Part shown: positions 45,151 through 56,006 of the stretch, piece after piece
Layout of the letters: every line of letters starts with the position of its first letter
How positions within the stretch are numbered: the first letter of the stretch is position 1
Assembly: GCA_035533815.1 (NCBI GenBank)
Contig: DATLTB010000113.1
Span: 21,081 to 85,080 of the forward strand
DNA from: Chitinophagaceae bacterium
Lineage (GTDB): Bacteria > Bacteroidota > Bacteroidia > Chitinophagales > Chitinophagaceae
Reading direction: 5' to 3'
Length of the DNA: 64,000 bases
Position numbers and translations under genes: made by a program
The notes under the pieces: generated by a model
Told to the model about the DNA's origin: nothing
Databases searched by the model: none
Seen by the model: only the letters and a program-made list of their open reading frames with translations

Positions 45151-46164
45151 ATGATTGATTTCCGCAGTGACACCCTGACCCGTCCAACCGCAGCCATGAA
45201 AGAGGCCATGATGTCGGCCGAAGTTGGGGATGATGTATTCGGGGAAGATCCAAGTATCAATACACTGGAAAAAACAGCTGCTGCTTTATTTGCCAAAGAG
45301 GCAGCCCTTTTCTGTCCTTCCGGCACCATGACCAACCAAATTGCCATCAAGACACATACTCAGCCGGGAGATGAAGTGATCTGCAGCGATCTGGCCCATG
45401 TATATATTTATGAAGGGGGTGGAATGGCCTTTAATTCCGGTTGCCAGGGGAGACCGGTTACCGGGGACCGGGGAAGGATCACTGCCGCCCAGTTGCTGGC
45501 AGTGATTAACCCGCTGGATGACCATAAGGCAGCTACTTCCCTGGTTTGCCTTGAAAATACCGCCAACCGGGGCGGGGGCAGCTGTTATGATTTGACTGAG
45601 ATCAGCCGGATCCGCCAGGTATGCCAGGAACATCACCTGAAATTGCATCTCGATGGAGCCAGGCTGTTCAATGCCCTGGTGGCTACCGGCCAGACTGCCC
45701 TTCAATACGGGGAACAATTTGACAGCATCTCCGTTTGCCTGAGCAAGGGCCTTGGCTGCCCGGTGGGTTCCATCCTGCTTGGCGACCGGGACTTTATCAG
45801 GGAGGCCAGGCGGGTGAGAAAAAAATTCGGAGGCGGAATGCGGCAGGCCGGGTTCCTGGCTGCAGCGGGTATTTACGCCCTGAATAATCATATTGACCGG
45901 CTGCAGGAGGATCATGATCATGCCAAGCAGATTGCCCTTACCCTGGACAGGAAAGATTTTACGGAAAAAATACTGCCGGTAGAAACCAATATCATCATTT
46001 TTGAACTCAGGGGTTCCATGGATTCCCGGAAATTTACCGAACTGCTTGCCCGGGAGGGGATCCGGGTCATGCCGATCTCCCCCCTCCAGGTACGCCTGGT
46101 GACTCATCTGGATATCACTCCTGAAATGGTCGAGACTACGTGTAAAGTGATCCGTAATCTCTAG
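45151..46164 (+). CDS. ltaE: Low-specificity L-threonine aldolase
   Basis: 337 aa. It reads [31 protein letters not shown], then [11 protein letters not shown], then the PLP-Lys region SVCLSKGLG. Confidence 0.92.
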   Translation: MIDFRSDTLTRPTAAMKEAMMSAEVGDDVFGEDPSINTLEKTAAALFAKEAALFCPSGTMTNQIAIKTHTQPGDEVICSDLAHVYIYEGGGMAFNSGCQGRPVTGDRGRITAAQLLAVINPLDDHKAATSLVCLENTANRGGGSCYDLTEISRIRQVCQEHHLKLHLDGARLFNALVATGQTALQYGEQFDSISVCLSKGLGCPVGSILLGDRDFIREARRVRKKFGGGMRQAGFLAAAGIYALNNHIDRLQEDHDHAKQIALTLDRKDFTEKILPVETNIIIFELRGSMDSRKFTELLAREGIRVMPISPLQVRLVTHLDITPEMVETTCKVIRNL

Positions 46165-46333
46165 GATCATTCCTCCAACCGCTATACGGCAGCGCTTTAA
46201 TACAGTCTATCGTGGAAAATGGATCAATGCAGGATAACTGAAGAAAACTCGCTGAGTTCCAGGGGATATTCTTTCCGATCTCAGCATTTGTCTCTATTTT
46301 TACGGCCTTTAAGAAGTCTTTTTTTCTCATCCC

Positions 46334-48973
46334 ATGGTACTATCTGCTCATTTTCAGCCGGAGGATGCTGAAGAAAAATGGTACAATCACTGGAAGGGAA
46401 ATGGATATTTCCGTTCCATTCCCGATGAACGGCCCCCCTATACCATTGTCATTCCGCCGCCCAATGTGACCGGGGTGCTCCACCTGGGGCATACCCTGAA
46501 CAGCACCATCCAGGATATCCTGATCCGCAGGGCCAGGATGACCGGCTACAATGCCTGCTGGGTACCCGGCTGTGATCACGCATCCATTGCCACGGAAGCC
46601 CGTGTGGTGGCCATGCTGAAAGAGAAAGGGATTCAAAAATCTTCCCTGACCCGAGACCAGTTTATGCAATATGCCTATGAGTGGAAGGAAAAATATGGGG
46701 GTATCATTTACGGACAACTGGAAAAACTGGGCTGCTCCTGTGACTGGGACCGGGTGGACTTCACCATGGATGACCATTATTACCAGGCGGTTATCCGGGT
46801 CTTTGTCAACCTGTATAACCAGGGGCTGATTTACCGGGGCGCCCGCATGATCCATTGGGATCCAGCTGCCCGGACGGCCCTGAGTGATGAGGAAGTGGAA
46901 TACCGGGAAGTGCATTCTGTTTTATACTATATCCGTTACCTTATCGAGGATCCGCCGGACCCCTCAGCGCCCTTCCTCACGGTCGCCACCACCAGGCCTG
47001 AGACCATCCTGGGAGATACAGCTATTGCTATTAATCCCCTTGATCACCGGTACCAGCACCTGAAAGGGGCATTTGTCCGGGTTCCCCTGATCAACCGGCG
47101 GATTCCGGTTATCCAGGATAGTTATGTGGATCCGGAGTTCGGAACCGGTTGCCTGAAAGTTACGCCGGCCCATGACCTCAATGATTATAACCTGGGACTT
47201 AAGCATAAACTTCCCCTGATCGATGTCCTGAATGAAGATGGGACCATGAGTGAAGCCGCCCAGTTATATGTCGGTGAAGACCGGTTTATCGTCCGGGAAA
47301 AAATAGTGTTGGAACTCCGGGAAAAGGGCTTTCTGGTCAGGGAAGAAAATATCCTGAATAAGAACGGATATTCCCAGCGTACCCAGGCCGTGGTGGAACC
47401 CAGGATATCCACCCAATGGTTTTTCCGCATGAAGGAACTTGGGGGACAGGCGCTGGATGCGGTCATGAGCGGGGATATCCGGATGTACCCTCCGGATAGA
47501 TTTATCAATACCTATAAATTCTGGATGGAGAATCTGGAAGACTGGTGTCTTTCCCGCCAGCTATGGTGGGGCCAGCGGATTCCTGCCTGGTATGATGATC
47601 GGGGCAATGTGACCGTAGCGGAGAATCTGGAGGAAGCAACAAAAAAACACCATCGTGATTTTCCGGACCTTGCATCGGACCTCAGGCAGGACGATGATGT
47701 ACTGGATACCTGGTTTTCCTCCTGGCTCTGGCCCATTGAAGTGTTCAGGGGCATTACCCAACCTGCCGGCGGGGACCTCGCCTATTATTATCCGACCTCC
47801 GTCCTGGTCACGGGCCAGGATATCATTTTCTTCTGGGTATCCCGGATGATCATGGCGGGATATGCTTTTCTGCAGGAAAAACCATTCCGGGATGTATATT
47901 TTACCGGTATGGTGCGGGACCGGCAGGGAAGAAAAATGAGTAAATCCCTGGGTAATTCTCCGGATCTGCAGCAGTTGATCGGCCGATACGGGGCCGATGG
48001 GGTGCGATTCGGTATCATGATCGCCTCCCCTGCCGGCAACGACCTGCTTTTTGATGAAGAAAGCTGTACCCAGGGACACCATTTTTGCAACAAGCTCTGG
48101 AATGCCCTGAAGCTCATCAGAAAATGGGAAGAAGGGATGAGCGAAAGCAGTCATGCCGCGCCGGTGCACTCCTTTGCATTGACCTGGTTCGGGGCCAGGA
48201 TCAGGGAGAGCGCTGACCATATCGGGGAACTATTCAGGCAATACCGGCTGAGTGAAGCATTAAAAATCCTGTATGGACTGATCTGGGATGATTTTTGCTC
48301 CTGGTACCTGGAATGGATAAAACCGTCCCAGGAACAGTCCCTGGATGGGGATACGGTACGGGCAACTATTGGTTATTATGAAGCACTGCTGCAGTTGCTG
48401 CATCCCTTCATGCCATTTATTACCGAAGAGCTGTACCACCTGCTGAAGCCTCGCCCTGAAGGGGATGACCTCATGATCCGCCAGCTGGATATGCAAAAAA
48501 ATGAACCGGATTCCCGGACACTCGGACTAGGAGATCAGGTTAAAAAACTCATCACTGCAATCAGGGAGATCCGCAACCGGTATGGTATAAAATTCAGCCA
48601 GGAGCTGGGACTGACCATTCTGACCACCGACAGGACTGCCTACGGGGAAATTTCCGGAATTGTCTCCAGGCAGGTCCACTGCAGTCCCATTCAGTTCACT
48701 GAACAACCTGTGGCTGGAGCCATCGCTTTTGTAGTCAATAAAGACAGTTGTTTTCTGCAGACGGGGGAACTTCCGGACATCGGGGAACAAAAAGCCCAGT
48801 GGCTTAAAGACCTGGCTTACCACCAGGGTTTCCTTTCTATTGTGGAAAACAAGCTCCGCAATACCCGATTTCTGGAAAATGCCAGACCAGCGGTGGTCGA
48901 GGCGGAAAGAAAGAAAAAGGCAGATGCAGAGGAAAAGATCAAAGTCATAGAGGAAAACCTCAAACACCTGTAA
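46334..48973 (+). CDS. valS: Valine--tRNA ligase
   Basis: 879 aa. It has the HIGH motif (PNVTGVLHLGH), KMSKS (GRKMSKSLGN), editing-domain blocks (TTRPETILGDTA, VTPAHD.NDY) and a C-terminal coiled coil. Confidence 0.97.
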   Translation: MVLSAHFQPEDAEEKWYNHWKGNGYFRSIPDERPPYTIVIPPPNVTGVLHLGHTLNSTIQDILIRRARMTGYNACWVPGCDHASIATEARVVAMLKEKGIQKSSLTRDQFMQYAYEWKEKYGGIIYGQLEKLGCSCDWDRVDFTMDDHYYQAVIRVFVNLYNQGLIYRGARMIHWDPAARTALSDEEVEYREVHSVLYYIRYLIEDPPDPSAPFLTVATTRPETILGDTAIAINPLDHRYQHLKGAFVRVPLINRRIPVIQDSYVDPEFGTGCLKVTPAHDLNDYNLGLKHKLPLIDVLNEDGTMSEAAQLYVGEDRFIVREKIVLELREKGFLVREENILNKNGYSQRTQAVVEPRISTQWFFRMKELGGQALDAVMSGDIRMYPPDRFINTYKFWMENLEDWCLSRQLWWGQRIPAWYDDRGNVTVAENLEEATKKHHRDFPDLASDLRQDDDVLDTWFSSWLWPIEVFRGITQPAGGDLAYYYPTSVLVTGQDIIFFWVSRMIMAGYAFLQEKPFRDVYFTGMVRDRQGRKMSKSLGNSPDLQQLIGRYGADGVRFGIMIASPAGNDLLFDEESCTQGHHFCNKLWNALKLIRKWEEGMSESSHAAPVHSFALTWFGARIRESADHIGELFRQYRLSEALKILYGLIWDDFCSWYLEWIKPSQEQSLDGDTVRATIGYYEALLQLLHPFMPFITEELYHLLKPRPEGDDLMIRQLDMQKNEPDSRTLGLGDQVKKLITAIREIRNRYGIKFSQELGLTILTTDRTAYGEISGIVSRQVHCSPIQFTEQPVAGAIAFVVNKDSCFLQTGELPDIGEQKAQWLKDLAYHQGFLSIVENKLRNTRFLENARPAVVEAERKKKADAEEKIKVIEENLKHL

Positions 48974-48993
48974 AAAATTCCGGATCCCCAATC

Positions 48994-49476
48994 ATGAAAA
49001 TAGCCAGGGACATATTTATATTATCGGTTTTTATTCTGGGAGCTGGAGTTGTCCATGCCCAACGCAAAAAGAAATTCCCTCCTTCCCAGGCTGCCCAGAA
49101 AAAGCCCATCCCTTTTTTTAAGACTTATCTGGGGGATCTTCCTCCGGGGATTTATCACGGAGATACCCTGGAACGCATATTGGGTTACGGACTTACGGCA
49201 AAAGACCAGTTCGGTAAGTTCTACCGGGTCATCTATTTTGAATTCGGGTTCCAGTCCTCCGATACCACTTTGAATGACAGCACGGGGATGCCGCAGCTGG
49301 TGAATGATTATGTTTCCTATGTTTTTTATGCCCCCCGCCTGGATACCTTATGGTTAAACCGGATTGCCGGGGAAATATCTTCCGGGGACACCCTGTTTTT
49401 TGATCATGTGATTGCGGAAGATACCCTTCACCGGATCAAATACAAGGTCCCTTCCCTGAAATTTGGCGTGCGTTAA
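48994..49476 (+). CDS. Hypothetical secreted protein
   Basis: 160 aa with a signal peptide (ILSVFILGAGVVHAQ). It starts 20 nt after the valS stop. No recognisable motif. Confidence 0.5.
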   Translation: MKIARDIFILSVFILGAGVVHAQRKKKFPPSQAAQKKPIPFFKTYLGDLPPGIYHGDTLERILGYGLTAKDQFGKFYRVIYFEFGFQSSDTTLNDSTGMPQLVNDYVSYVFYAPRLDTLWLNRIAGEISSGDTLFFDHVIAEDTLHRIKYKVPSLKFGVR

Positions 49477-49479
49477 GGT

Positions 49480-52311
49480 TCAGAAAAGCTGCAGCGGAAC
49501 GACCAGTTCGATCAGGTGTTTCCTGAAGGGATCCAGCGGATCCGGGTCCAGCAGCCTGGAATACCTCAGGCCGAAGGTCACCGGGTATTCATTCCACCAT
49601 TGGGTATCAAAAAAAACCTCCAGTCCGGTGGACCGGTAAAAATGGGGGATATACCCCCTGGCAGACTGAGTGCCGGACATACTGTAATCATAAAATATAT
49701 TCCCGCGTATGCGGAGAAAATACACAATCCCGGCAAAACCTGCATCAGGATAAACTATGGGGAAATGATAATTCCCGGCAATCCGGCCAATATAGGAGTA
49801 GTTTCCCGGGTTATATCCCCTGGAATAGATGAAATCATCCGGGAAATTATATTCATGCTGATTGTCCCTTTGCTGAAAATCACCTTCCAGCACGATACTA
49901 TGGTTGGCAAACAGGCCTGGAAAATAGAAATCGCCGATGGCAAAAAGCTGTTCGGCATAAACTCCGCTGAGCGTTTTATTATACTGGATGTAAATGCTTT
50001 GGGCAAAATGCGAAAAAATATTCTGGACAGCCTGCTGCCGCTGCCGGGTAAACCCAAAATAGGCATTGAAATAATTCACCATGAAATCCCGAAGATGAAA
50101 TTTGGCATTGGGGATGAACTGTACCTGAGTGGAATAAAAGGACGAGCCTCCGGTCAGGGAATAATAATCATTCCCCGATGAGAAGTTCAGCGGTATAGAA
50201 AGTCCGGTATTATAATCGAATTCATTCCAGTAAATCCGGCTTCCCTGCCCATTGACGAGGTTCCGGTCAAAGGTATAGCTTGCCCCCGCATTGATCCAGG
50301 GATAAAGCCCGCTATAAGTGGCATTAACCCCTGCTGAACTGGAATGTTCATTGCGGTTATAGGTATAGCCTGTGGCAATATCCATGGTGTTCAGGGTATT
50401 ATTGGAGATCAGGTCCAGGCTGTAATCCGGGTCATTGACATTCGGAAGCAGGCTGTGAAAGTGGATCAACCCGGCTGTTTGCCGGTACCTGGTCACCGGG
50501 AACCATCGGTGCGGCACCCTGTTCAGGATATCGGAACCCTCTTCGCGGAGGGCCTTCCCCACAAATAGGTCATTGATTCCTGTTAATGCATCTTCAGGTA
50601 CAGGGCGGAAACGGGAGGAGTCCAGCTTCATTTGCCTAAGCTGATAACCATGAATGGTGAAGGCACTGAACACCAGCTTGGTTTCCGTCGGATTCACAGC
50701 CGCCTGGTAGCAACCATTCGGTTCACCGGTGACCTGGTATATTGTCCCTCCCTGAAGGCCTACTGCATATATATTATTGACCGGGCCAATGGAAGCGGAA
50801 AAATAAATATGCTTTCTGGCGACTATGGGAATACCCAGGGTTTTGTTTGAAAATGGGACGAGTATGGTGATCTGATCACCGGAAATCTCCTGCCGGATAA
50901 GGGCCATTTCTCCCTGGGCGTTGCGGACCGTACTAATGATTGCGCGACCATCGGCAGTGAACCGGGGATAAGTATAGAAATATGGACCGGGATTGGGTAA
51001 GGTATTGATCAGCCTGCCGGTGGAAGCATCCAGAATTTTCAGGTCATCCTGTATTTTGGTGCTTACCTCGGTAACCACGACCCGGTTCCCCCCCGGAGAG
51101 AGGTCAGGGGAAAAATACCTGCTCAGGTGGGATAAGGTCCTTTTTTTTCCGGAATGCAGGTCATAAATCTTCAGTACGCCATAATCCTTCCATCCCCAAC
51201 GGGGATCCGTGCGGTATTCCATCCACGCGATCCGGCCATCGCTATAGGAAAAATAATCATCGTTAATAATACCCTGGGTGGTCAGCTTTTCGCCATGACC
51301 CTGATTGTCTACCAGATAAAAGGCTGGCACATTGCGGAATGTGGATCGCAGGACCAGCAGGGTATCGGCATTGATGAAGACCGGATATCGGTAATTGGTG
51401 ACCAGGCGGGGATTGGTCTTTGTATATGCGACGGACCTGGTTTTCCACGAACTGTCATAACTGGCGGTCCAGTGCTTTTGATAAAAGGACAGGGCAGAAT
51501 GGTAAAATTCCCGGACATTCTCCCCGGTCCTTCGCTGAATACTCCGGGAAAGAGGGTAAAAAAGTCCCTTGTACCGGACCGCATCCTGAGTGACCTTTTT
51601 CCAGAACTGGTTACCATATTGCTGCCTGCCATAAGCACATAACATATATCCCAGGGGGTAATGATCCGGCACCAGGTCCTGAAGGGAACCGTTCCGGATT
51701 TTCTGATAGCTGTAATCTGTATGAGCCAGCATCAGGCCACGGAACCCATCCATAAAAGAAGGTAGTCTTCCCCTACCCTGATCGGTGAGTGCCGTTTCCA
51801 TGAAAACGGCATCCCCTTCCCAGAACCAGTCCGGGACTACCGCATTGATGGCCAGCGCATATCCCTGCTGGCCGAATACATCCAGGATATCCCTGGATAT
51901 ACCCGACCGGAAATTCATGTATTGCAGGGCATGGCGGTATTCATGCACACAGAGAAAGTCAGTCCAGTTCACGCTGCCCTGGCTGTTGGAGGATTGAAAA
52001 GGAGTCAGTCCGAACTCAGAACGGAAGGGACCCACAGCAACATATGCATTGGCTATCGTTGTCTGGTTCTGGAGGACCAGGTCCAGTTTCCACTCCTGGC
52101 TGCCAATGGACTTCCGGTCATTGGCATTCAGGTAATGGACCATATTGGCCACCCGTTCTCCGACTGAATCCAACCCCTCCGGGAAAATGATCCTGGCAGT
52201 ATCGGTGTTGATCTGATCCCATTTCAGGGAAGGTGGGTTGCCTCCAAATTGCTGGGCAATGGCTGCCAGGGGGAAAAGGTAGATAAAGCTAAATATGGGG
52301 AGCAGACGCAT
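49480..52311 (-). CDS. Large secreted protein: N-terminal HExxH metalloprotease-like domain + PD40/TolB-like beta-propeller + probable C-terminal outer-membrane beta-barrel
   Basis: I prefer the ATG at 52311 (MRLLPIFSFIYLFPLAAIAQQ, 943 aa). HEYRH lies at nt 51931-51945, followed by WEGDAVFMET (candidate third ligand Glu). PD40-like units are present: FSPDLSPGGNRVVV, PRFTADGRAIIS. The last ~350 aa alternate in beta-strand fashion and end ..VVPLQLF (aromatic terminal residue). Confidence 0.75.
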   Translation of the reverse strand: MRLLPIFSFIYLFPLAAIAQQFGGNPPSLKWDQINTDTARIIFPEGLDSVGERVANMVHYLNANDRKSIGSQEWKLDLVLQNQTTIANAYVAVGPFRSEFGLTPFQSSNSQGSVNWTDFLCVHEYRHALQYMNFRSGISRDILDVFGQQGYALAINAVVPDWFWEGDAVFMETALTDQGRGRLPSFMDGFRGLMLAHTDYSYQKIRNGSLQDLVPDHYPLGYMLCAYGRQQYGNQFWKKVTQDAVRYKGLFYPLSRSIQRRTGENVREFYHSALSFYQKHWTASYDSSWKTRSVAYTKTNPRLVTNYRYPVFINADTLLVLRSTFRNVPAFYLVDNQGHGEKLTTQGIINDDYFSYSDGRIAWMEYRTDPRWGWKDYGVLKIYDLHSGKKRTLSHLSRYFSPDLSPGGNRVVVTEVSTKIQDDLKILDASTGRLINTLPNPGPYFYTYPRFTADGRAIISTVRNAQGEMALIRQEISGDQITILVPFSNKTLGIPIVARKHIYFSASIGPVNNIYAVGLQGGTIYQVTGEPNGCYQAAVNPTETKLVFSAFTIHGYQLRQMKLDSSRFRPVPEDALTGINDLFVGKALREEGSDILNRVPHRWFPVTRYRQTAGLIHFHSLLPNVNDPDYSLDLISNNTLNTMDIATGYTYNRNEHSSSAGVNATYSGLYPWINAGASYTFDRNLVNGQGSRIYWNEFDYNTGLSIPLNFSSGNDYYSLTGGSSFYSTQVQFIPNAKFHLRDFMVNYFNAYFGFTRQRQQAVQNIFSHFAQSIYIQYNKTLSGVYAEQLFAIGDFYFPGLFANHSIVLEGDFQQRDNQHEYNFPDDFIYSRGYNPGNYSYIGRIAGNYHFPIVYPDAGFAGIVYFLRIRGNIFYDYSMSGTQSARGYIPHFYRSTGLEVFFDTQWWNEYPVTFGLRYSRLLDPDPLDPFRKHLIELVVPLQLF

Positions 52312-52372
52312 CAGTGAAATTCTTGGGTATGCGTAAAACAGGCAATTTACTGTAATAATCAGCCAGGAAAAA

Positions 52373-53902
52373 TCAGGTAAATGATCCCCTGACCACTTTT
52401 CCCTGAAATAACCGGAGTTCATGGTCAATGCAGCCGGGTAATTCCTCCGCATGATGGGAAACGTAGATCAGGGTCAGCATGGTATTTGTGCATAGCTGGT
52501 CCAGGAGCCAGCTGACTTTATCCTGGTGATAGAGATCCAGTCCCTGGCAGGGTTCATCCAGGATCAGCAGGGTTGGATGTTTCACCAGGGCCCTGGCCAG
52601 CAGCACCATACGTTGTTCACTGCTGGACACCTGGTCGAAGCTCCTGTCCAGGAACCGGCCCAGGTCCAACAGCCGGATAAAGGGATCCTCCCCTCCTTTC
52701 CAGGATGAAGATTCTCCCCAGGCATTTCCCGGAGATTGCTGGAATCCTGCAGCGATCACGTCCCTGCAGGAAAGCGCACCGGGAATATCCGCATGCATTT
52801 CTGGGGACATAAACCCGATATGCTCTTTGATATCCCATATTGTTTCCCCGCTGCCTTTCAGGCGGTCAAAAATCCAGATGTTTTGCGCATATGCCTGTGG
52901 GTTATCTGCATTGATCAGGCTCAGCAAAGTGGATTTCCCTGAACCATTATGCCCGGTAAGCGCCCAGTGTTCCCCTTTTTTCACGCACCAGTTCACGCCT
53001 TCCAGAATCTGAACATCCTGATATCTCACCCCAACATCCTTCATGCGGACCGCGTATTTGAACGGAAGATCGTCCATCCCTTTCTTCATTCCTTCCAGCA
53101 GTTCCTGCTTATCGGGATGACCAGGAGGGGAATTCCTGATAGCCGGTTGAAAATCCCCAATCTGCTGAATACCGGTCACTTCTAAATGGTCCGTCCCCAG
53201 GATATGGGTGATACAACCGGGAAATGTATCCGTGATCCCTGCCAGGATTATCGCAATCCCTGAGGCAGCTATCCGGTCAATCAATTCCGATAATCCTGTC
53301 CTGGCCTCAGGATCAAGGCCGGTAAAGGGTTGATCCAGGATGAGCATCCGGGGTCTGCTCAAAATGGCCCGGAGCAGGAGCAGTTTCTTGGTTTCTCCAT
53401 TGGACAATTGATTCACTTGTCTACCCAGCAGGTAGGTGATCCCCAGCTTTCCGGCAAATTCCAGCAAATAATCCCTGAATTCCCCCGGATGATCTGGGAC
53501 CTGCTGATCTTCCAGCCATTCCATCACCGGAATCATTCCCTGGCTTTCCGTAGCATGAAACCGTTGCTGGTAATACATATCGGGATGGTGCCGCAGGGTG
53601 CTGACCAAAGAAAAAGAAACCAGGGAAATCCGGCGGTAGGGGGAATGATCGGTTTGTCCTGAGTCCGTTTCGGGGTCATCCGGGAAATGATATCGGATAC
53701 GACCCGTGATGAGGGGGAACTTTCCCCTGATGGTCTCCACCAGCACCGTCTTTCCCGAACCATTGGGTCCTGTGATCGCCCAATGTTCTCCGGTCCGGAC
53801 CCTCCAGCTGGTATTTTTAAAAGCCAGCAGGCCCCCAAGGCGGATCGTGATCCGGTCCAGTTCCAGTAAGGGAGTTAAATTAAGGGGAAGGGCTATCTGC
53901 AT
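52373..53902 (-). CDS. Tandem-ATPase ABC protein (ModF-like), no transmembrane domain
   Basis: 509 aa. It has two Walker A motifs (GPNGSGKT, GHNGSGKST), two signature motifs (LSNGETKK, VSSSEQRM) and two Walker B motifs (MLILDQP, LLILDEP). No permease gene is adjacent. Confidence 0.85.
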   Translation of the reverse strand: MQIALPLNLTPLLELDRITIRLGGLLAFKNTSWRVRTGEHWAITGPNGSGKTVLVETIRGKFPLITGRIRYHFPDDPETDSGQTDHSPYRRISLVSFSLVSTLRHHPDMYYQQRFHATESQGMIPVMEWLEDQQVPDHPGEFRDYLLEFAGKLGITYLLGRQVNQLSNGETKKLLLLRAILSRPRMLILDQPFTGLDPEARTGLSELIDRIAASGIAIILAGITDTFPGCITHILGTDHLEVTGIQQIGDFQPAIRNSPPGHPDKQELLEGMKKGMDDLPFKYAVRMKDVGVRYQDVQILEGVNWCVKKGEHWALTGHNGSGKSTLLSLINADNPQAYAQNIWIFDRLKGSGETIWDIKEHIGFMSPEMHADIPGALSCRDVIAAGFQQSPGNAWGESSSWKGGEDPFIRLLDLGRFLDRSFDQVSSSEQRMVLLARALVKHPTLLILDEPCQGLDLYHQDKVSWLLDQLCTNTMLTLIYVSHHAEELPGCIDHELRLFQGKVVRGSFT

Positions 53903-53924
53903 TTCCGGTAAAACTAGGGAATGG

Positions 53925-55352
53925 TCAGCATTCGCTCAGGCCCAGGGGGACATTGATCGCCAGGCCACCGTCTGCAGTTTCCTTATACTTGGCATTCATA
54001 TCCTGGGCCGTGTTCCACATCGTTTTCACCACACTGTCCAGAGAAACCTTAGCCAGGTCAGGGTTGCTTTGCAGGGCCAGCTGGGAAGCGGTAATGGCCT
54101 TAATGGCCCCCATGGTATTGCGTTCAATGCAGGGAATCTGTACCAATCCCCGGATCGGATCGCAGGTCAGTCCAAGATGGTGTTCCATGGCAATTTCAGC
54201 AGCCATCAGGACCTGTCTGGGACTTCCTCCATTGCATTCTGTGAGGGCAGCGGCGGCCATGGCAGCGGAAACCCCGATTTCAGCCTGACAGCCCCCCATG
54301 GCAGCCGAGATCGTTGCCCCTTTCTTGAATATGGAACCGATTTCGGATGCCGTCAATAAAAAACGGATCACCCTATCCTCGGCAACGGGCTCACAAAAGC
54401 TGATCAGGTACTGAAGCACACTGGGCACCACACCGGCTGCCCCGTTGGTTGGTGCAGTGACCACCCTGCCGAAGGAGGCATTCTCTTCATTCACGGCAAG
54501 CGCAAAACAGCTCACCCAGTCCAGGATATAGTTGAAGGACTGGCTTCCCTGGCGCATCGCTGCCAGCCAGGTATCATAATCTGAATAAGCCCTTCCCCCG
54601 ATTAACTTTTTATTCAGATTGGCCGCCCTTCTGGTGACCCGGAGTCCGCCTGGCAACTCACCGGTCGTATGGCATCCCCTGAATATGCATTGCCGCATGA
54701 CCTCCCAGATATGCAAAACCCCTGCGCGGGTAAGTGGTTCCGGGCGCCAGCTGTTTTCATTTTCCATTACAATCTCGGAAATCGGCAATCCTGTCTTGAT
54801 GCACCAGTGAAGCAGGTCGCCGGCATTGTCTATCGGGAACTGAAGATCGACCGGTTTGCCCCTACCGGTATTTTTTTTCTCCCGGACCACAAATCCGCCC
54901 CCTGTGGAATAATAGGTGGATGTATAGGTTTCCCCTCCGGTAAATCCGGCGATGAAAGTCAGGGCATTCGGATGAAAGGGCAGGCTTTCCCGGGAAAGGA
55001 AAATAATATCCCGGTCCGGATCGAAGGAAATAGGATCTGTCCCATTCAGCAGCAGGGAAGACTGTCCCCGGATGGAATCGATATGGGGGACGATCTGGTC
55101 AATGTCAAAGGTTTCCGGGTCCTCTCCCTCCAGACCCAACTGAACCGCGATATCTGTTCCATGTCCCTTCCCTGTTTTTGCCAGGGATCCATAGAGTTTT
55201 ATGGCTATTCCGGTGACGAGGCCTAGTGTTTTATTATCCAGTAATTCCTGCAGGAATAACCCGGCAGCCTTCCAGGGTCCCAGGGTATGTGAACTGGAAG
55301 GTCCCACCCCGATTTTAAACATATCAAATACGGAAATCTGTTCCTGCTCCAC
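53925..55352 (-). CDS. sdaA: L-serine ammonia-lyase (iron-sulfur dependent, single-chain alpha+beta)
   Basis: 475 aa. It reads [21 protein letters not shown], then [18 protein letters not shown] and [18 protein letters not shown]. Confidence 0.93.
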   Translation of the reverse strand: MEQEQISVFDMFKIGVGPSSSHTLGPWKAAGLFLQELLDNKTLGLVTGIAIKLYGSLAKTGKGHGTDIAVQLGLEGEDPETFDIDQIVPHIDSIRGQSSLLLNGTDPISFDPDRDIIFLSRESLPFHPNALTFIAGFTGGETYTSTYYSTGGGFVVREKKNTGRGKPVDLQFPIDNAGDLLHWCIKTGLPISEIVMENENSWRPEPLTRAGVLHIWEVMRQCIFRGCHTTGELPGGLRVTRRAANLNKKLIGGRAYSDYDTWLAAMRQGSQSFNYILDWVSCFALAVNEENASFGRVVTAPTNGAAGVVPSVLQYLISFCEPVAEDRVIRFLLTASEIGSIFKKGATISAAMGGCQAEIGVSAAMAAAALTECNGGSPRQVLMAAEIAMEHHLGLTCDPIRGLVQIPCIERNTMGAIKAITASQLALQSNPDLAKVSLDSVVKTMWNTAQDMNAKYKETADGGLAINVPLGLSEC

Positions 55353-55977
55353 GTTAAATCAGGTTAATCAGGTCAAAATTGGCGGTTTTTCGGGTATTGA
55401 AGCTAAAAAAAATTTAACCCCTTCTCATGCTGCATTTCCTTCAGGTTGGCCCCCTGGTTCCCCGTATGGCAAGTCCAGGCCTCCCTACATATCCCCCGGT
55501 GTTCCCTGGAGTACCTGTTTGATGATCCCGGAATGCTTTGGATATCCTTCGGATCGGACCAGGAGACCGATGGCCCCTGCCATCCGCCATCCACCACGGA
55601 ATTGTTTCGCGGCCAAAGCGGTGACAGCTTAAAAAAGCCTGAGGTCTAAAAACGTCATTATCCCCCCACCGCGAATGCCAGTCCCAGCATGATAGCCAGT
55701 AATCCGGGTATCCCCGGAATCATGGAAGAAGAGTGGATGACCGTACCTGATGGCAGGAATCCAGCCGGTGCCTCAAGGAAAAAGTAAAGATGCTGCAGGG
55801 CATAGTTCCAATTTATGCGAATAACCCTGCCAAATGGGCAAACCGGAAAACATGACCCCAATCATACCAATAAGCGCACTCCACTGACAAAATCTCCAGG
55901 TAAAAGATTCATTTTCCACCAATGTTTCCCCAAGTTAATAATAACCCTTTCCAAGCAATTGTCAGCAGCCTAAAATG

Positions 55978-56006
55978 CCAACACGCCCTTTTGAAGGGCG
56001 TGTTGG
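55978..56006 (-). terminator. Strong hairpin terminator downstream of the Lys/Gln-rich secreted-protein gene
   Basis: CCAACACGCCCTT-TTG-AAGGGCGTGTTGG is a perfect 13-bp stem. On the minus strand it is followed by CATTTTAGG. It lies 106 nt after the stop at 56112. Confidence 0.65.

Noticed and set aside
45286-46170. 294-aa ORF antisense to almost the whole threonine aldolase gene
   Set aside because: The sense strand encodes an unmistakable LtaE. The antisense product has no start context or motifs and is low-complexity and shadow-like.
46136-46330. 64-aa minus-strand ORF filling the ltaE-valS spacer
   Set aside because: It overlaps the ltaE 3' end, has no motif and would be transcribed against both neighbours. 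Most likely it is not a gene.
47561-48220. 219-aa antisense ORF within valS. The same applies to 46340-46915, 49516-50181, 53706-54359, 54669-55226 and 58297-58974 within other well-supported genes.
   Set aside because: All of these lie opposite confidently identified genes and show no recognisable domains. I treat them as shadow ORFs.
55559-55569. CCAGGAGACCG, matching the core of the cobalamin-riboswitch B12 box
   Set aside because: The flanking consensus positions do not match, and the upstream GGGAA...GGUG / GCCACUG elements are absent. No plus-strand gene lies downstream for it to regulate. It is likely a chance match.
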